Below, in pieces: positions 12,738 to 24,001 of a stretch of 64,000 nt of DNA. Under the pieces are notes generated by a model. The model had not been told where the DNA came from and ran no database searches. It saw only the letters and a list, made by a program, of their open reading frames with translations. Position 1 is the stretch's first letter. Each line of letters begins with the position of its first letter. The position numbers and the translations under genes are program-made. The stretch comes from Phoronis australis (taxonomy: Eukaryota; Animalia; Phoronida): contig NMRA01000570.1 of the NCBI GenBank assembly GCA_002633005.1, positions 1 to 64,000 on the forward strand, read 5' to 3'.

Positions 12738-12870
12738 ATGGGCGACGCACCATAAAGGGCTGGAGCTATAGCCCCACTTTTTTCAGTGTTTTACAGCCCA
12801 TGGTCTATATAGGCAGTGCACTACAGGGGGGCTTTAGCGCCCCACTTTTTTCAGTGCTCCGCCGCCCATG
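12738..12870. mobile_element. Short dimeric MITE, reverse-orientation relative of 53868-54003
   Basis: catgggcg...gccccacttttttcagtg twice...cgcccatg. Confidence 0.6.
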
Positions 12871-13275
12871 TATACCTGCGTTAATTCGATCAAAGGAGAA
12901 AAATTGATTTGGACCACTTGCCACAGTAACATTAGACTCAATCTGTTCGTTACTCAGATGAGAAGAGATTTCATGGCTTGCGAAGAACAAAATGAGATCG
13001 GCTATGTCTTGAAACTATGCTCCGGTGGTGCACGAAATGACACGCCGTGACAAGTCACGAACCTGGTCTCGAGCAATAACGAATTGCTAATTGTTTTTAG
13101 GCACAGGAATAGGCTCCAAAGCTCTAATCTAAGCTGTTACCTTGGTTTAGGCCACTTACCGGTATGAAATTGATATAAAATATCTTTCTTAGTCATATTG
13201 GAGGTGATTTCAGGGCTTGGCCGCCGATAGAACTTACAAATCGCTACATTGCTCGAGACGAGGCTTTTCAAGTTG

Positions 13276-13487
13276 CTTGCACGCACCCAGCCTAAAAATT
13301 GGGGACCTCGAATTTTTAGGAATGTAGACCGTTACTTAAAAAAAAACGGGGTACGTCGATCCAGTGCTATGAATTATGCATCGGCCTTTTTAGTGGACTT
13401 TTGTCTCTTTTTTCTACTTTTCGGACTTTTTTCCCACTTCGCCAAATGAGGGGCTCGTTGAAGCCCACCTCCCTGGGTGCGCTCACG
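13276..13487. mobile_element. hAT5-like MITE with 5-bp TSD
   Basis: Imperfect TIR gcacccag / ctgggtgc; TSD agttg at 13271-13275 and 13488-13492. Confidence 0.7.
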
Positions 13488-13707
13488 AGTTGGTTAGGTA
13501 GGGGATGTCATGCGCCGAGCATAGTTTCAAGAATTAGCGAATCTGTAGCTATTTGCAAATACAGAAACCACCTATCATCTGAGTAAGGAACAAGTCGAGT
13601 CCAATTCTATAGCGACACGTAGTGGTCCAACTCAAAATTCGTTTCCTGGACGGAACGTGGTGTTGTAATCTCGGTAAGTGACAGCCTTGTGCAGATTAAT
13701 ACCAAAC

Positions 13708-13910
13708 CTTTCGTTTTCAAAAACAGCCACGCCATTTTCATCACGTCAGTTCTCATTATTTCTCGCAAGAACGAGTCTTGTTCCTTCGTTTCCGCCGTAG
13801 ATGGGTAGTCCGCCACGCCCGTATTGATGTTGTAGTTGTCGAGGAGATCCAGAAAAGCACGATAGGTTGGTCGTCTGAATAAAGTGGCTTCATTCGTAAG
13901 AGTCAGAAGT
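13708..13910 (-). CDS. ENDOU: ENDOU exon
   Basis: tttcag|...|gtttgg, phase 2 to 1. Encodes LLTLTNEATLFRRPTYRAFLDLLDNY...EQDSFLREIMRTDVMK (the PTY..F..LLDNY motif of EndoU). Confidence 0.9.
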
Positions 13911-14572
13911 CTGAAATTGCACAAAGCTTAAGTAAGGCCTACACTGCACAAAGAATATGAAATGTGGGATTAGTGAAAGGAACCAACAGAGCTCCTCGTT
14001 AAAAACAATTGTGATCAGTGAGAAAAATGCTTGCAAGAAAATAATTGTTGTTTGCGGAAAATATACAACCGGAGAAAAAAGGCACATGTCTAAGATAAAA
14101 ACGAGTGGAAAACATAGATATACACAATTATTCTGTTTTGTATCTATAGGAGCAACATTCGTCTGGATCTTAGGACTTAAAAAAATCGTTATTCTGGATT
14201 ATATAATAAACGTATCTAAGGTACAATATCACTCCTTCATAGACTTCTAAGGCACAACTTTATGTCTCAGAGTGATAGAATGAACATGTAGGTCCCGAAA
14301 CACCAATAGATGGGTGTGTGCCGTTCAGGACAACATGCTGAACACTTCTGATAATGGAACCAGTGATGCAAGAATTGACCAACTGTAAAGGTAACAGTTT
14401 GTTGTAAATTCCATCGCAACTTTATGACCACTCCTCACTGGCGAATCCAGTATTTCGTCGAGAGAATGCTTTTAATGTTAGTCTTCGATATGCCACCCTT
14501 TTCTATGTGGTAAGGGGTGCTGCGGTATCCAAGCTCTCCCCCGGATCCACTCATACCCCCTGAAAAAGTCAC

Positions 14573-14861
14573 CTTGATGGAGCAAGGTCTTTGTGAGCCT
14601 CAGTGTTGTAGATACGGCCTTGCAGATTGAGACTGTAGTCTGTACCCTCGGATGCGTAATTCGTGTCAGAGAACCACAGCTTGCGGAGAAATTGGGATAG
14701 TTCGACATCAGATACCGTTAGTGGTGAGGTCGGATAGGTCGTGGTAGATGGACGTGGCGTTGTTGTGGTGGGCATCGTAGTAGTGGTGGTCGGCAAGGTG
14801 GTGGTGGTCAGCTTGGTGTTGGTGGTCGGCTTGGTGTTGGTGGTCGGCTTGGTGGTGGCGG
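14573..14861 (-). CDS. ENDOU: ENDOU exon: Thr/Pro-rich linker and start of the EndoU domain
   Basis: ttgcag|...|gtgac, phase 1 to 2. TTKPTT repeats, then VSDVELSQFLRKLWFSDTN...NLQG...DLAPS. Confidence 0.88.
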
Positions 14862-15260
14862 CTGCAACAATGCAAAATCATGCAGACAAAATAAACAGCA
14901 TTTTCAAAATTTCATTTAGGCCTACTCAATATTTCTTTACGCCTACAGCCATGGGAGGCAAATTAAGGCACATATGTTGAAAGATTCATGCAAAATACTA
15001 AGAACACATGGCAAAATTATTGTTCCCACCGTCAGACCAACAGCAGTCCATGATACACAGACGGGTTTCACTGAAGATAAACCGCCGTTTACTATGAGCT
15101 TTTACGCTTTTAATGTTCTTTTAAATTTTGAGACCAATCGTTGCAATTAACCTTTAAATCAGCCTCAAGATGTTTTTTACCCAAATGGTTTAGATTGCGG
15201 CTGCAGTCCTGTTTGACAAATCATTAGGCCCAATAACGAGTCGAGACGAAGTGGACTTAC

Positions 15261-15428
15261 CTTGACATTGTTGTGGATAGTCTTTGCAACAGTTACGATA
15301 CTTGGAACACTCTTTGTTGCATTGACATGGCAGAGACCGGTCGTATTGCCGAGTGCACTTGCCCGCGCACGACCGTAGCCTAGAAACTGTCGTCACCTTC
15401 ATTGTGGAAGTCAGAGAACGGGTCGTTC
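15261..15428 (-). CDS. ENDOU: ENDOU exon: somatomedin-B domain 2
   Basis: atttag|...|gtaagt, phase 1 to 1. Encodes SCAGKCTRQYDRSLPCQCNKECSKYRNCCKDYPQQC, the 8-Cys SMB pattern. Confidence 0.85.
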
Positions 15429-16194
15429 CTAAATAGTGCACAAGAGCAAGGGTACACTATGCATGCACTACAAACCATTCTTTGAGAAAGCGAACATGCA
15501 TTCGGAGGCGAGGTAGGGGATGCTGCTATGCATTCAAAATCCTGACAAACGTAGCGCCTGAACAAAGGAGAAACTGGTTACCGAAAAATGAAACATTCTG
15601 GAGAGAATACTGATAACCCTACTGGTTGCCATAACTGTCACGCCCCCCACATCGCATCACCACGAATTTCATGTACTACCTGAGCCCATGTCCATCAAAC
15701 GTTGTTATAGACTGAGGATTCGAAAGTTGAACAATCACACCGTATGAAGTGGGAAACTATAATCGAAGCGTGGTACACGGTTCGTTAATTTTGGAATCGA
15801 CTCTCTCGAGGTCTGCTAGTACTTATGTGTACAAGATATACTTTACACGAAACGATACCACAAAGCCAAAATACACACAAAGTAGACGCGACCATTATAA
15901 AATCCTCCACAAATTCGAAGTGGTAAGACCCCTGTCTGACACACACAGTAGGCCTAACAAGTTTACAAATTATTCTTATGTCGTAACACAATTTTTCTAA
16001 AGCAACATAAATGATGCATATTCAATTTTGTTTTTTGCAATGAATATTTTGAATCAGACCGTTGTAGCAGATAAAGCCACATTTTCTTTCAGGCTACTTT
16101 TTACTTATTTTTTGAGCCACTTAACTGCGCGAGCGAGAACCATTCTTTTCGTTAAACTAACGTTATGTTGCTGCTGGGCATCCGGTATACTTAC

Positions 16195-16311
16195 CGACGC
16201 ATGCGCTGAAGTAATCCTTGCAACAGTTACCATACTTGGAACATGCCCAGTTACATTGACACAACAGACGGTTGTTGTAACTTCTCCCACATTGGCCGAC
16301 ACATGACTTTG
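16195..16311 (-). CDS. ENDOU: ENDOU exon: somatomedin-B domain 1 (frame not shown in the ORF track)
   Basis: ttccag|ca aag tca tgt...gtc g|gtaagt, phase 1 to 1. Encodes KSCVGQCGRSYNNRLLCQCNWACSKYGNCCKDYFSACV. Confidence 0.85.
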
Positions 16312-17007
16312 CTGGAATAAATCCAACAGTTTTTCAAAGAGCCTGTCAGTAGAATTGAGTTTGACGATTCCCCCTTTCAGTTGTAGACGAGTCATAAAAA
16401 ACTACCGTCGGCATGGAGTTATCATTTGAAATTTGCAGTGGGCATCCTTACGACATCCTGGATCCGCCACTGCTAATAAAGGGTGTAGGTGGTACTTATG
16501 AAGATACTGGACTGTGCGTGCACTTGTGGTCAGTGTGGCCACCTACCATGAAATCCCTAGGTAAAATTATTGAGACGTACATCATACGATTCGTATTTTT
16601 AATTGCAAGAGAAACGAAAAGTCGTGGTTGAATTGTCTTGTTAATTCCAAGTGATGTCATGTAGTTGGGGTATATGTGCCTATTATGTACCAATATAAAA
16701 ATATTTTTACTCAAGCGTTTTGCACATAGGTGCACGCTCCTAGAGATGCCCCAGCCTCTTTTAGACGTGAACAGATATCAGATTTAGTGCAACAATTAAA
16801 GAACAGCATATCAAAAGAGGTATCTGTAAAATATCTAGAGGTTCTTTGCTGTTTCTCGTTTGTTTACAGTCCAAGTTGCATCTTTATGTCAATTGCATTC
16901 AGTGTGATAATGACTGATAAGGACTGAGAGCATCAGTTAAGGCGGCAACAAGCCTGCGTTTCATGAAAAAAATCTAAATGTTTTGTAATTTAGTTTCGAT
17001 ACTGTAC

Positions 17008-17068
17008 CTGTTGCATCAGCAAACACAGACACAGCAATCAAGAGAACGACCACTCCACACCGACACAT
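17008..17068 (-). CDS. ENDOU: ENDOU first coding exon (signal peptide), copy A
   Basis: Encodes MCRCGVVVLLIAVSVFADAT then g|gtacag, phase 1, compatible with the SMB1 exon. Confidence 0.75.
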
Positions 17069-17800
17069 TGTGAGACAAAGATGGCGACAGTAGGTGACGG
17101 ATAAGTCTGTCGACTTGAACAATGCAATATCTCGTGTGAATTCCATCGGCTGATGTGCGATAATACATTGTACACGTACCAGACCTTCAACACGACTAAG
17201 ATTAGGAATGAGAGAGGCGCGAACCTATTGTAGACTATCAATAGATCAAAATATTACACTGGCTCGTTCTTATGCTTAAAGTGATTATAGACCCGTCATC
17301 ATTAAAAAAGTAACTTAATTTAAACCAGTTATCGGTATAAAGCTGTTCTCATTCAGTTGCACATTACGCTTACTATCTAAAGTGATTGCTATGCTTAAGA
17401 ACTCACCACACGTCTCAGAACCATCGTGTTCGGCGCATGAAATAACCTGCCGCCTTGTTGACGTATTGAGCCTGCCTCTCGAGCTGTTACATGTAGTTCT
17501 TTCCAAGCGAAACAATTGTTTAAAGTTCGTGCAAGAAACAAGCAAAAAGCAGGATATACATGGGCGGATCCAGGATTTTGAGTTGGGGGGGGGGGGGCAG
17601 ANCTAAAGCAACATAAATGATGCATATTCAATTTTGTTTTTTGCAATGAATATTTTGAATCAGACCGTTGTAGCAGATAAAGCCACATTTTCTTTCAGGC
17701 TACTTTTTACTTATTTTTTGAGCCACTTAACTGCGCGAGCGAGAACCATTCTTTTCGTTAAACTAACGTTATGTTGCTGCTGGGCATCCGGTATACTTAC

Positions 17801-17917
17801 CGACGCATGCGCTGAAGTAATCCTTGCAACAGTTACCATACTTGGAACATGCCCAGTTGCATTGACACAGCAGACGGTTGTTGTAACTTCTCCCACATTG
17901 GCCGACACATGACTTTG
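17801..17917 (-). CDS. ENDOU: Duplicate SMB1 exon, copy B (probably allelic)
   Basis: Same splice sites as 16195-16311; visible differences are synonymous. Confidence 0.5.
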
Positions 17918-19051
17918 CTGGAATAAATCCAACAGTTTTTCAAAGAGCCTCTCAGTAGAATTGAGTTTGGCGATTTCCCCTTTCAGTTGTAGACGAGTCA
18001 TAAAAACTACCGTCGGCATGGAGTTATCATTTGAAATTTGCAGTGGACATCCTTACGACATCCTGGATCCGCCACTGCTAGTAAAGGGTGTAGGTGGTAC
18101 TTATGAAGATACTGGACTGTGCGTGCACTTGTGGTCAGTGTGGCCACCTACCATGAAATCCCTAGGTAAAATTATTGAGACGTACATCATATACGATTCG
18201 TATTTTTAATTGCAAGAGAAACGAAAAGTCGTGGTTGAATTGTCTTGTTAATTCCAAGTGATGTCATGTAGTTGGGGTATATGTGCCCATTATGTACCAA
18301 TATAAAAATATTTTTACTCAAGCGTTTTGCACATAGGTGCACGCTCCTAGAGATGCCTCAGCCTCTTTTAGACGTGAACAGATATCAGATTTAGTGCAAC
18401 AATTAAAGAACAGCATATCAAAAGAGATATCTGTAAAATATCTAGAGGTTCTTTGCTGTTTCTCGTTTGTTTACAGTCCAAGTTGCATCTTTTGGTATGT
18501 CAATTGCATTCAGTGTGACAATGACTGACAAGGACTGAGAGCATCAGTTAAGGCGGCAACAAGCCTGCGTTTCATGAAAATCTAAATGTTTTGTAATTTA
18601 GACCACATGCTGATTTAAAATTTGACAGCTCCTCGAGACCACGTTCGGGTACTAGAATAACACGTACGTCGTGACAAGAAAAGTCTAGTCTCAAGAAATC
18701 CACAGTTCTCTCCAAGCCAAGACGTCGCACCTATTCTTATACGACGAACAATTTGATATCAATTTCTTTAACGGCAAGTAGACTAAGTCTACTATTGGTA
18801 TCTGTGAACCGAATCGAGAGCAGTTGCAACAATCATTGGCCACAGCTACTACAGCGCGGATCCAGAGGAGTCTGACGTACATAGAACTATCACATGTATC
18901 ACGTGCCTTCAATTACAACAGTACAAAATGAATGACCAAGCAAAGGTCAGAGGTCGGAACAACTCACTGGATCCTGCCCTGCTATGCCGTTCCCTGAACC
19001 CATCACCGTGAATACAGAACTGATTTATGAGGCTAAGTTTCGATACTGTAC

Positions 19052-19112
19052 CTGTTGCATCAGCAAACACAGACACAGCAATCAAGAGAACGACCACTCC
19101 ACACCGACACAT
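19052..19112 (-). CDS. ENDOU: Duplicate signal-peptide exon, copy B (probably allelic)
   Basis: Identical MCRCGVVVLLIAVSVFADAT exon and donor. Confidence 0.5.
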
Positions 19113-19596
19113 TGCGAGACAAAGATGGCGACAGTAGGTGACGGATAAGTCTGTCGACTTGAACAATGCAATATCTCGTGTGAATTCCATCGGCTGATGT
19201 GCGATAATACATTGTACACGTACCAGACCTTCAACACGACTAAGATTAGGAATGAGAGAGGCGCGAACCTATTGTAGACTATCAATAGATCAAAATATTA
19301 CACTGGCTCGTTCTTATGCTTAAAGTTGTTATAGACCCGTCATCATTAAAAAAGTAACTTAATTTAAACCAGTTATCGGTATAAAGCTGCTCTCATTCAG
19401 TTGCACATTACGCTTACTATCTAAAGTGACTGCTATGCTTAAGAACTCACCACACGTCTCAGAACCATCGTGTTCGGCGCATGAAATAACCTGCCGCCTT
19501 GTTGACGTATTGAGCCTGCCTCTCGAGCTGTTAGTTCTTTCCAAGCGAAACAATTGTTTAAAGTTCGTGCAAGAAACAAGCAAAAAGCAGGATATA

Positions 19597-19754
19597 CATG
19601 GGCGGATCCAGGATTTTGGGTTTGGGGGGGCAGAGCAGAGTATTAGCCAGGATTTTTGCCTGTCAGACATTGGCACTCCCGAACTGCCCAATGGAATCTT
19701 GGAGAATTTTAGGGGGGCCATGGCCCCCTTGGCCCCCCTCTAAATCCGCCACTG
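19597..19754. mobile_element. hAT5-like MITE
   Basis: catgggcggatcc ... aatccgccactg termini with internal gggggccatggcccc; flanks atata / gtata. Confidence 0.65.
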
Positions 19755-20264
19755 GTATATGACGTCATATCTCCTGAGCATGTGCAGAGTAAAAATGGCC
19801 AATTGTAGATTTGGGCAACTGAACGAATAAGCAACACGAAGCCCGTCGGTTGGCCGGTTTGGGGCTACAATACTTCCATCGCTTTCCGTACGAATTTCGT
19901 CCCGTGTATTTTAAACGGGCGGTTGCCGCACTAAAAACTGTCACTTAAAAAAGTGCTTACTTTCTTCAGTGGTCCTTTTTACTTCAACACATATCTTGGA
20001 TGAAGCTTAGTTACGAGAATTAGGGTGACTTTGGCGAAGAATTCCAACTCCACTTTTTGTTCACCGTAACTTTTTCACCACGTACACGATAACGACAAAG
20101 TATTTCAAATGATCACGTGAGTTAGGCAAAGGCTACCGCGAGACTGAGCGAAGCGCATGACGCTGGCGCGCGACACTTGCAAAATAGCATGGAAAAGCAT
20201 CAAGTGAAATTTGTAATTATTTGTGTTCTTTGGACTTTTTATTCGTCAACATGCGTAATTTCAC

Positions 20265-21920
20265 GTAACTTCAGTTCACTAAAGGCATTTCTTGAAAGTG
20301 ACACAATCTCGTTGTGCGACAGGTTTAAACTCATTAGAGATCCGAGTCCTTCAAGCATGAAGTCAGATATGTATTTCAATTTATTTCTAGCGAGAACGAG
20401 AAACTTAAGCCGAGGAAGCAATTGAAGAGGTTGATCGCTAAGGTCAGATATGTTACACCACTATAGGTTAAGGTTTTTGATGTTCCAAAAATTCCAAACA
20501 AACTCTTGTGAAATTTTAAATTGTTCAAAGTTTTCTTTCAGCTTCAGTTTTCTGACATTTGTGAGATATGACAAGTTAAATGTTAAATTCACATTAGTTA
20601 CTTCCAAAGTGACATCATCACAATTAATAGGGGTAAAAATGTCCAGCGCATCAACTTCATTACCGTCCATTTCTAAGCGCATGAGACGTTTTGGGACCAT
20701 GAAATCTACAGAATTTATCGCCTTAATTTTATTGCAACTCAAGACAAGAATTGTGAGACTCGTTAAGTCTTCAAAAGTTCGGCATCCAAGTGAATGTTTG
20801 CAGTTGAAGTTTAGATGCAGTTCGCGTATTTTTGTTAGACCAACAAATGTCCCACGCTTCAAGACAGTAATTCGGTTATAAGATATTTATAAATTCAACA
20901 GATCTCTCATATGATAAAACTACTTTTCTTCTATTTCTTCTATACTGTTGGCTGCCAAACTAAGTGTTTGCAATGATTTCAAACAAATGAACATATCTTT
21001 CTTCACCAGCAGCAGCCAGTTTCCGCGTAGCCTAAGCCATTTAACAGACGAGATAGAAAAAAAATGTGCCGTTTTCAAATTTTGAAACTTTGTTAAATGA
21101 CAGATCAATCCTCACTGTTTGATTGGATAGAAAATACGCGTCTTCAACTACCCGCAAATGGTTTTGCCGCAAATCCAAGTATTCCGTACTAGCGAGCACC
21201 AGGCCACGGACCATGCTTATAGAATTGTTTCTCAAAATTAAAGTTATTTAATTTTCCAGCCCGTCAAAAACATTCTTGTGTACTGCTCTTAAATGGTTGT
21301 TTTCGAGCTGAAGACTTAACAAACTGTTCAAGCACCTAAACGTCCCATTTGCTATCCAAGAAATTTCATTGTATCCAATATATAATCTTTCAAGATTTGG
21401 CAATCAATCGCCAAAAGCATTGCCATCCAGCGAAGCAATATTGTTATGCGTCAAATCCAACACTTTTATCACAGGCGTTTCTGCAAATACGTCTTTTGAC
21501 AGAAATGATAAGCGATTACTTCTGAGATCCAGATATTCCAAGTTAACCAAGCCAGAAAAAGTTTTGCTTGTCAATTCACTTATTCTGTTGTCCCTTAAAT
21601 CCAGCGTCTTCAATTCAGTTAAAACAGTAAAAAGTCTTTCGGCGAAACCAGATAACAGATTCTTTCCAAGAATTAGTTGCTTCACTTGTGACAAATGAGT
21701 GAAAGCGTCACTCCGAATAGATTCCACAGTTCCAAAAGTCCACAGTTGCGACGTTCACCAAGTTTAGCGTTTCCTCACTGGTCAAGACCTTTTCTCTCCG
21801 CTGCACACAGATATTGGAAGAGACTGTCCACAAAATATTACTAAGCGTCACCAACAGGAGCATAAGTCCTCTCGTCACAGCCATTGCAGGGGAAATGATC
21901 CTCGTACGAACTCCACTCAT
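20265..21920 (-). pseudogene. 3'-truncated, frameshifted inverted copy of the LRR gene at 31366-34188
   Basis: Same N-terminus MSGVRTRIISPAMAVTRGL. A 5-bp deletion (cagat) near codon 69, a TGA after ...AFGD and further frameshifts. Homology stops at the equivalent of 33025. Confidence 0.9.
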
Positions 21921-22423
21921 CCACAGTTTCTACGCAGACTAGAGTCTGTAACAGTTGTCACGCCTCTCATGCCAGTTAACACTGTTAACACCTGCCATCT
22001 TCTAAATGCCTGGGATATAACAAAAAATAAAAGAATCGAGTCAACTATTCGAGTCTCAACAGGCAGCTGCCACGTAATCTAGCGTTTTGAACCTGGGGCT
22101 CGTACCAAGAAAATTGACTTACCTAAGACAAATCTTAAATTTTAGTCAATTTTAAGATAAAACTTAATTTGTCCGTTTCAAGAAAGTGATCTTAAACACT
22201 TCACACTATGGTCATAAATGCTTGAGTTCGGTTACCAACAATTTTGGCACGATATTTTAAGTATTTCTTATTCAATTTATGTGCTTGTAATCAAGAAATA
22301 AACGAAAACATAAAAAAATAAAAAGTGTGTTTGATGTCATCAGAGCTCTCCAGTTTCCTCCATTATGTGTTCTAAGTACACTGACCAGTCGTGAGCCGGA
22401 GTGGTCTCGAAAAGAGTTGAACA

Positions 22424-22645
22424 TTGAGTGCTATGAAAATGTGCGTGTGTGGAAGGTGCAGTACTAGCAATCGGACAGACAATATTTCAGTTTTTGTATT
22501 TCCAAAAGACCCTAAGATTGCAAAGAAATGGCAACAGGTTCGTGGTTCGGACACGGGTGTGGCAGCACGAGAAGGAGCAAGCGATCAGTTCAGGGTCTGT
22601 GCTCAGCTAATTTTGAAGAATCGTGCATTTCGTAGACAAAAATGA
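22424..22645 (+). pseudogene. Degenerate THAP zinc-finger fragment (DNA transposon remnant)
   Basis: C-x4-C ... SVFVFPKDPKIAKKW ... VCAQ resembles the THAP C2CH, FP and W pattern; the final His is missing. Confidence 0.55.
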
Positions 22646-23170
22646 ATGTATTGTGTTGCACTATTTTTGGAAGGTGGGTGTCAGGCACTTATCGTGTAGA
22701 AGCATCAAAATGTAAGCATTAATATGTTGTTAGTTAGAGTCGTTTAACGGTTTACCTGTGGTAGTGCGCGCCAAAAGAGCTTCAGAGTGAAGTTTGTGAA
22801 ACATTTATGAACTCTTATCAGCCGTCGTTTTTTATGTTATTAGACCTAATCAAAATACTATTGATTAACGTTTGATTTAATGTTCCTCAATATTTGATGG
22901 ATGTGGCCCACACATTTTTTGAAGAGCCAGGGCAACGTTTGGTTGGGTATGTGGCAAATAGCAATCATGGCAGGGAGCAAAATTCGTGACCACTGAGGTG
23001 CGAAAGGGTGGTTGTAGAAAGTGTCCACCACTTGAGGAAGTGATGTGGTCCGACAGTATAAGTGAAACCTGGAGTTTGTATTCCGTAGTCAACGGCATTG
23101 ACTACGTTGGGTCATGTCTCCTATGTACGAGACCGGATGTTTCATGTTGCTCGGCTGTTAAAAGTCGTGC

Positions 23171-23346
23171 CTGTTTCACGCCGAGCTGATTGCAGCTCTC
23201 CACAACTTGACTTTCGTAGTGTTCTGTTGAAGTCACCATTTCGTCCACATCCGCCCCAGGCTGAGCTGTGAATGTTGACCCCGCCCAGAGGTCATACACA
23301 CTTATGTTGTTTGCGCTGCTTCCTTTAAATGCAAGTTCCCAGGTGT
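23171..23346 (-). CDS. Second exon of the PAN-domain gene; unnamed invertebrate extracellular domain, possibly pseudogenic
   Basis: gtag|ac acc tgg, phase 1, matches exon 1. Encodes DTWELAFKGSSANNISVYDLWAGS...HYESQVVESCNQLGVKQ. The 3' boundary is uncertain: GC donor at 23170 or read-through to the stop at 23102. Confidence 0.55.
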
Positions 23347-23388
23347 CTACAGGTTCCCAGGTGTCTACAAGTTCTCAGGTCTCTACAT
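23335..23388. repeat. 18-bp x3 tandem repeat of a splice acceptor
   Basis: gttcccaggtgtctaca at 23335, 23353 and 23371. Confidence 0.8.
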
Positions 23389-23688
23389 TTTATATACCAA
23401 TATTTGGAGTGTTTGTTAATTTTCTATGAGATTTTCTTACAAGGTTTTGTTGAATAAACTGCAGCTGCTACGAACATCATTTTCGGTGTATAAACGTCAT
23501 CAAAACTGAGCTCCAGAAATGTGTACATCTTAAAAAATATTAAAAGCTTTGCAATGTACAGCTCCATCACCCTGCTATGTAATTACTCAGCGGACTTCTC
23601 TTTGTGTTCAAACACTACGTTTTTTAGAACTTAGTCGCTGCTTATTTTAGGTGCGATTAAAGTTTTGCTTATGGATTGGACTAATTAC

Positions 23689-24001
23689 CTGTGAGCATGA
23701 ATACGAGCGAGGAGGTGTCCACCGTCTCATACGTCGACAGCCATTGATTCCTACTTATTTCACAAGTCTGGTGCTGACTGCTGAAACTCAGCAATGAGCA
23801 TTGCTTTGATAAACACAGCGAAGCGCACTGTGTCAGTAAAGGAATTTTATATACACCGTCCACGTAATTCGAGAGGATTTTGTGGCCAACAGCGGACGTT
23901 GCCTGAGAAAATAGTAGCCGACTATTTTCCTGCGTGGACAATGCTACGATACTGCACATGTATAATGCAACCACAAACGCTTGACTTTTGCAAGATGACA
24001 T
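23689..24001 (-). CDS. Secreted PAN/apple-like domain protein, first exon
   Basis: Hydrophobic signal AFVVALYMCSIVALS, then QCASLCLSKQCSLLSFSSQHQTCEI (PAN CxxxC...C..F.....C pattern); donor aca g|gtaat. Confidence 0.7.

Larger units (their letters stand above)
9394..13574. repeat. Tandem duplicated block (A about 9394-11205, B about 11303-13574) joined at a single N at 11206
   Basis: Near-identical colinear sequence with scattered substitutions. Copy B carries about 470 extra bp at about 12592-13059. Confidence 0.9.
15997..19634. repeat. Tandem duplicated block (A 15997-17601, B 17603-19634) joined at a single N at 17602
   Basis: Near-identical copies. A ends in a poly-G run just before the N and B starts right after it. 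B has about 435 extra bp at about 18601-19036. Confidence 0.9.

Noticed and set aside
16028-16395. ORF-track peptides of 92-102 aa here and at 17634-18019
   Set aside because: Wrong frame or strand; the real coding frame is the SMB exon.
19760-19800. CRE (TGACGTCA) and YY1-like motifs upstream of ENDOU
   Set aside because: Short motifs beside a MITE, expected by chance; no start-site evidence.
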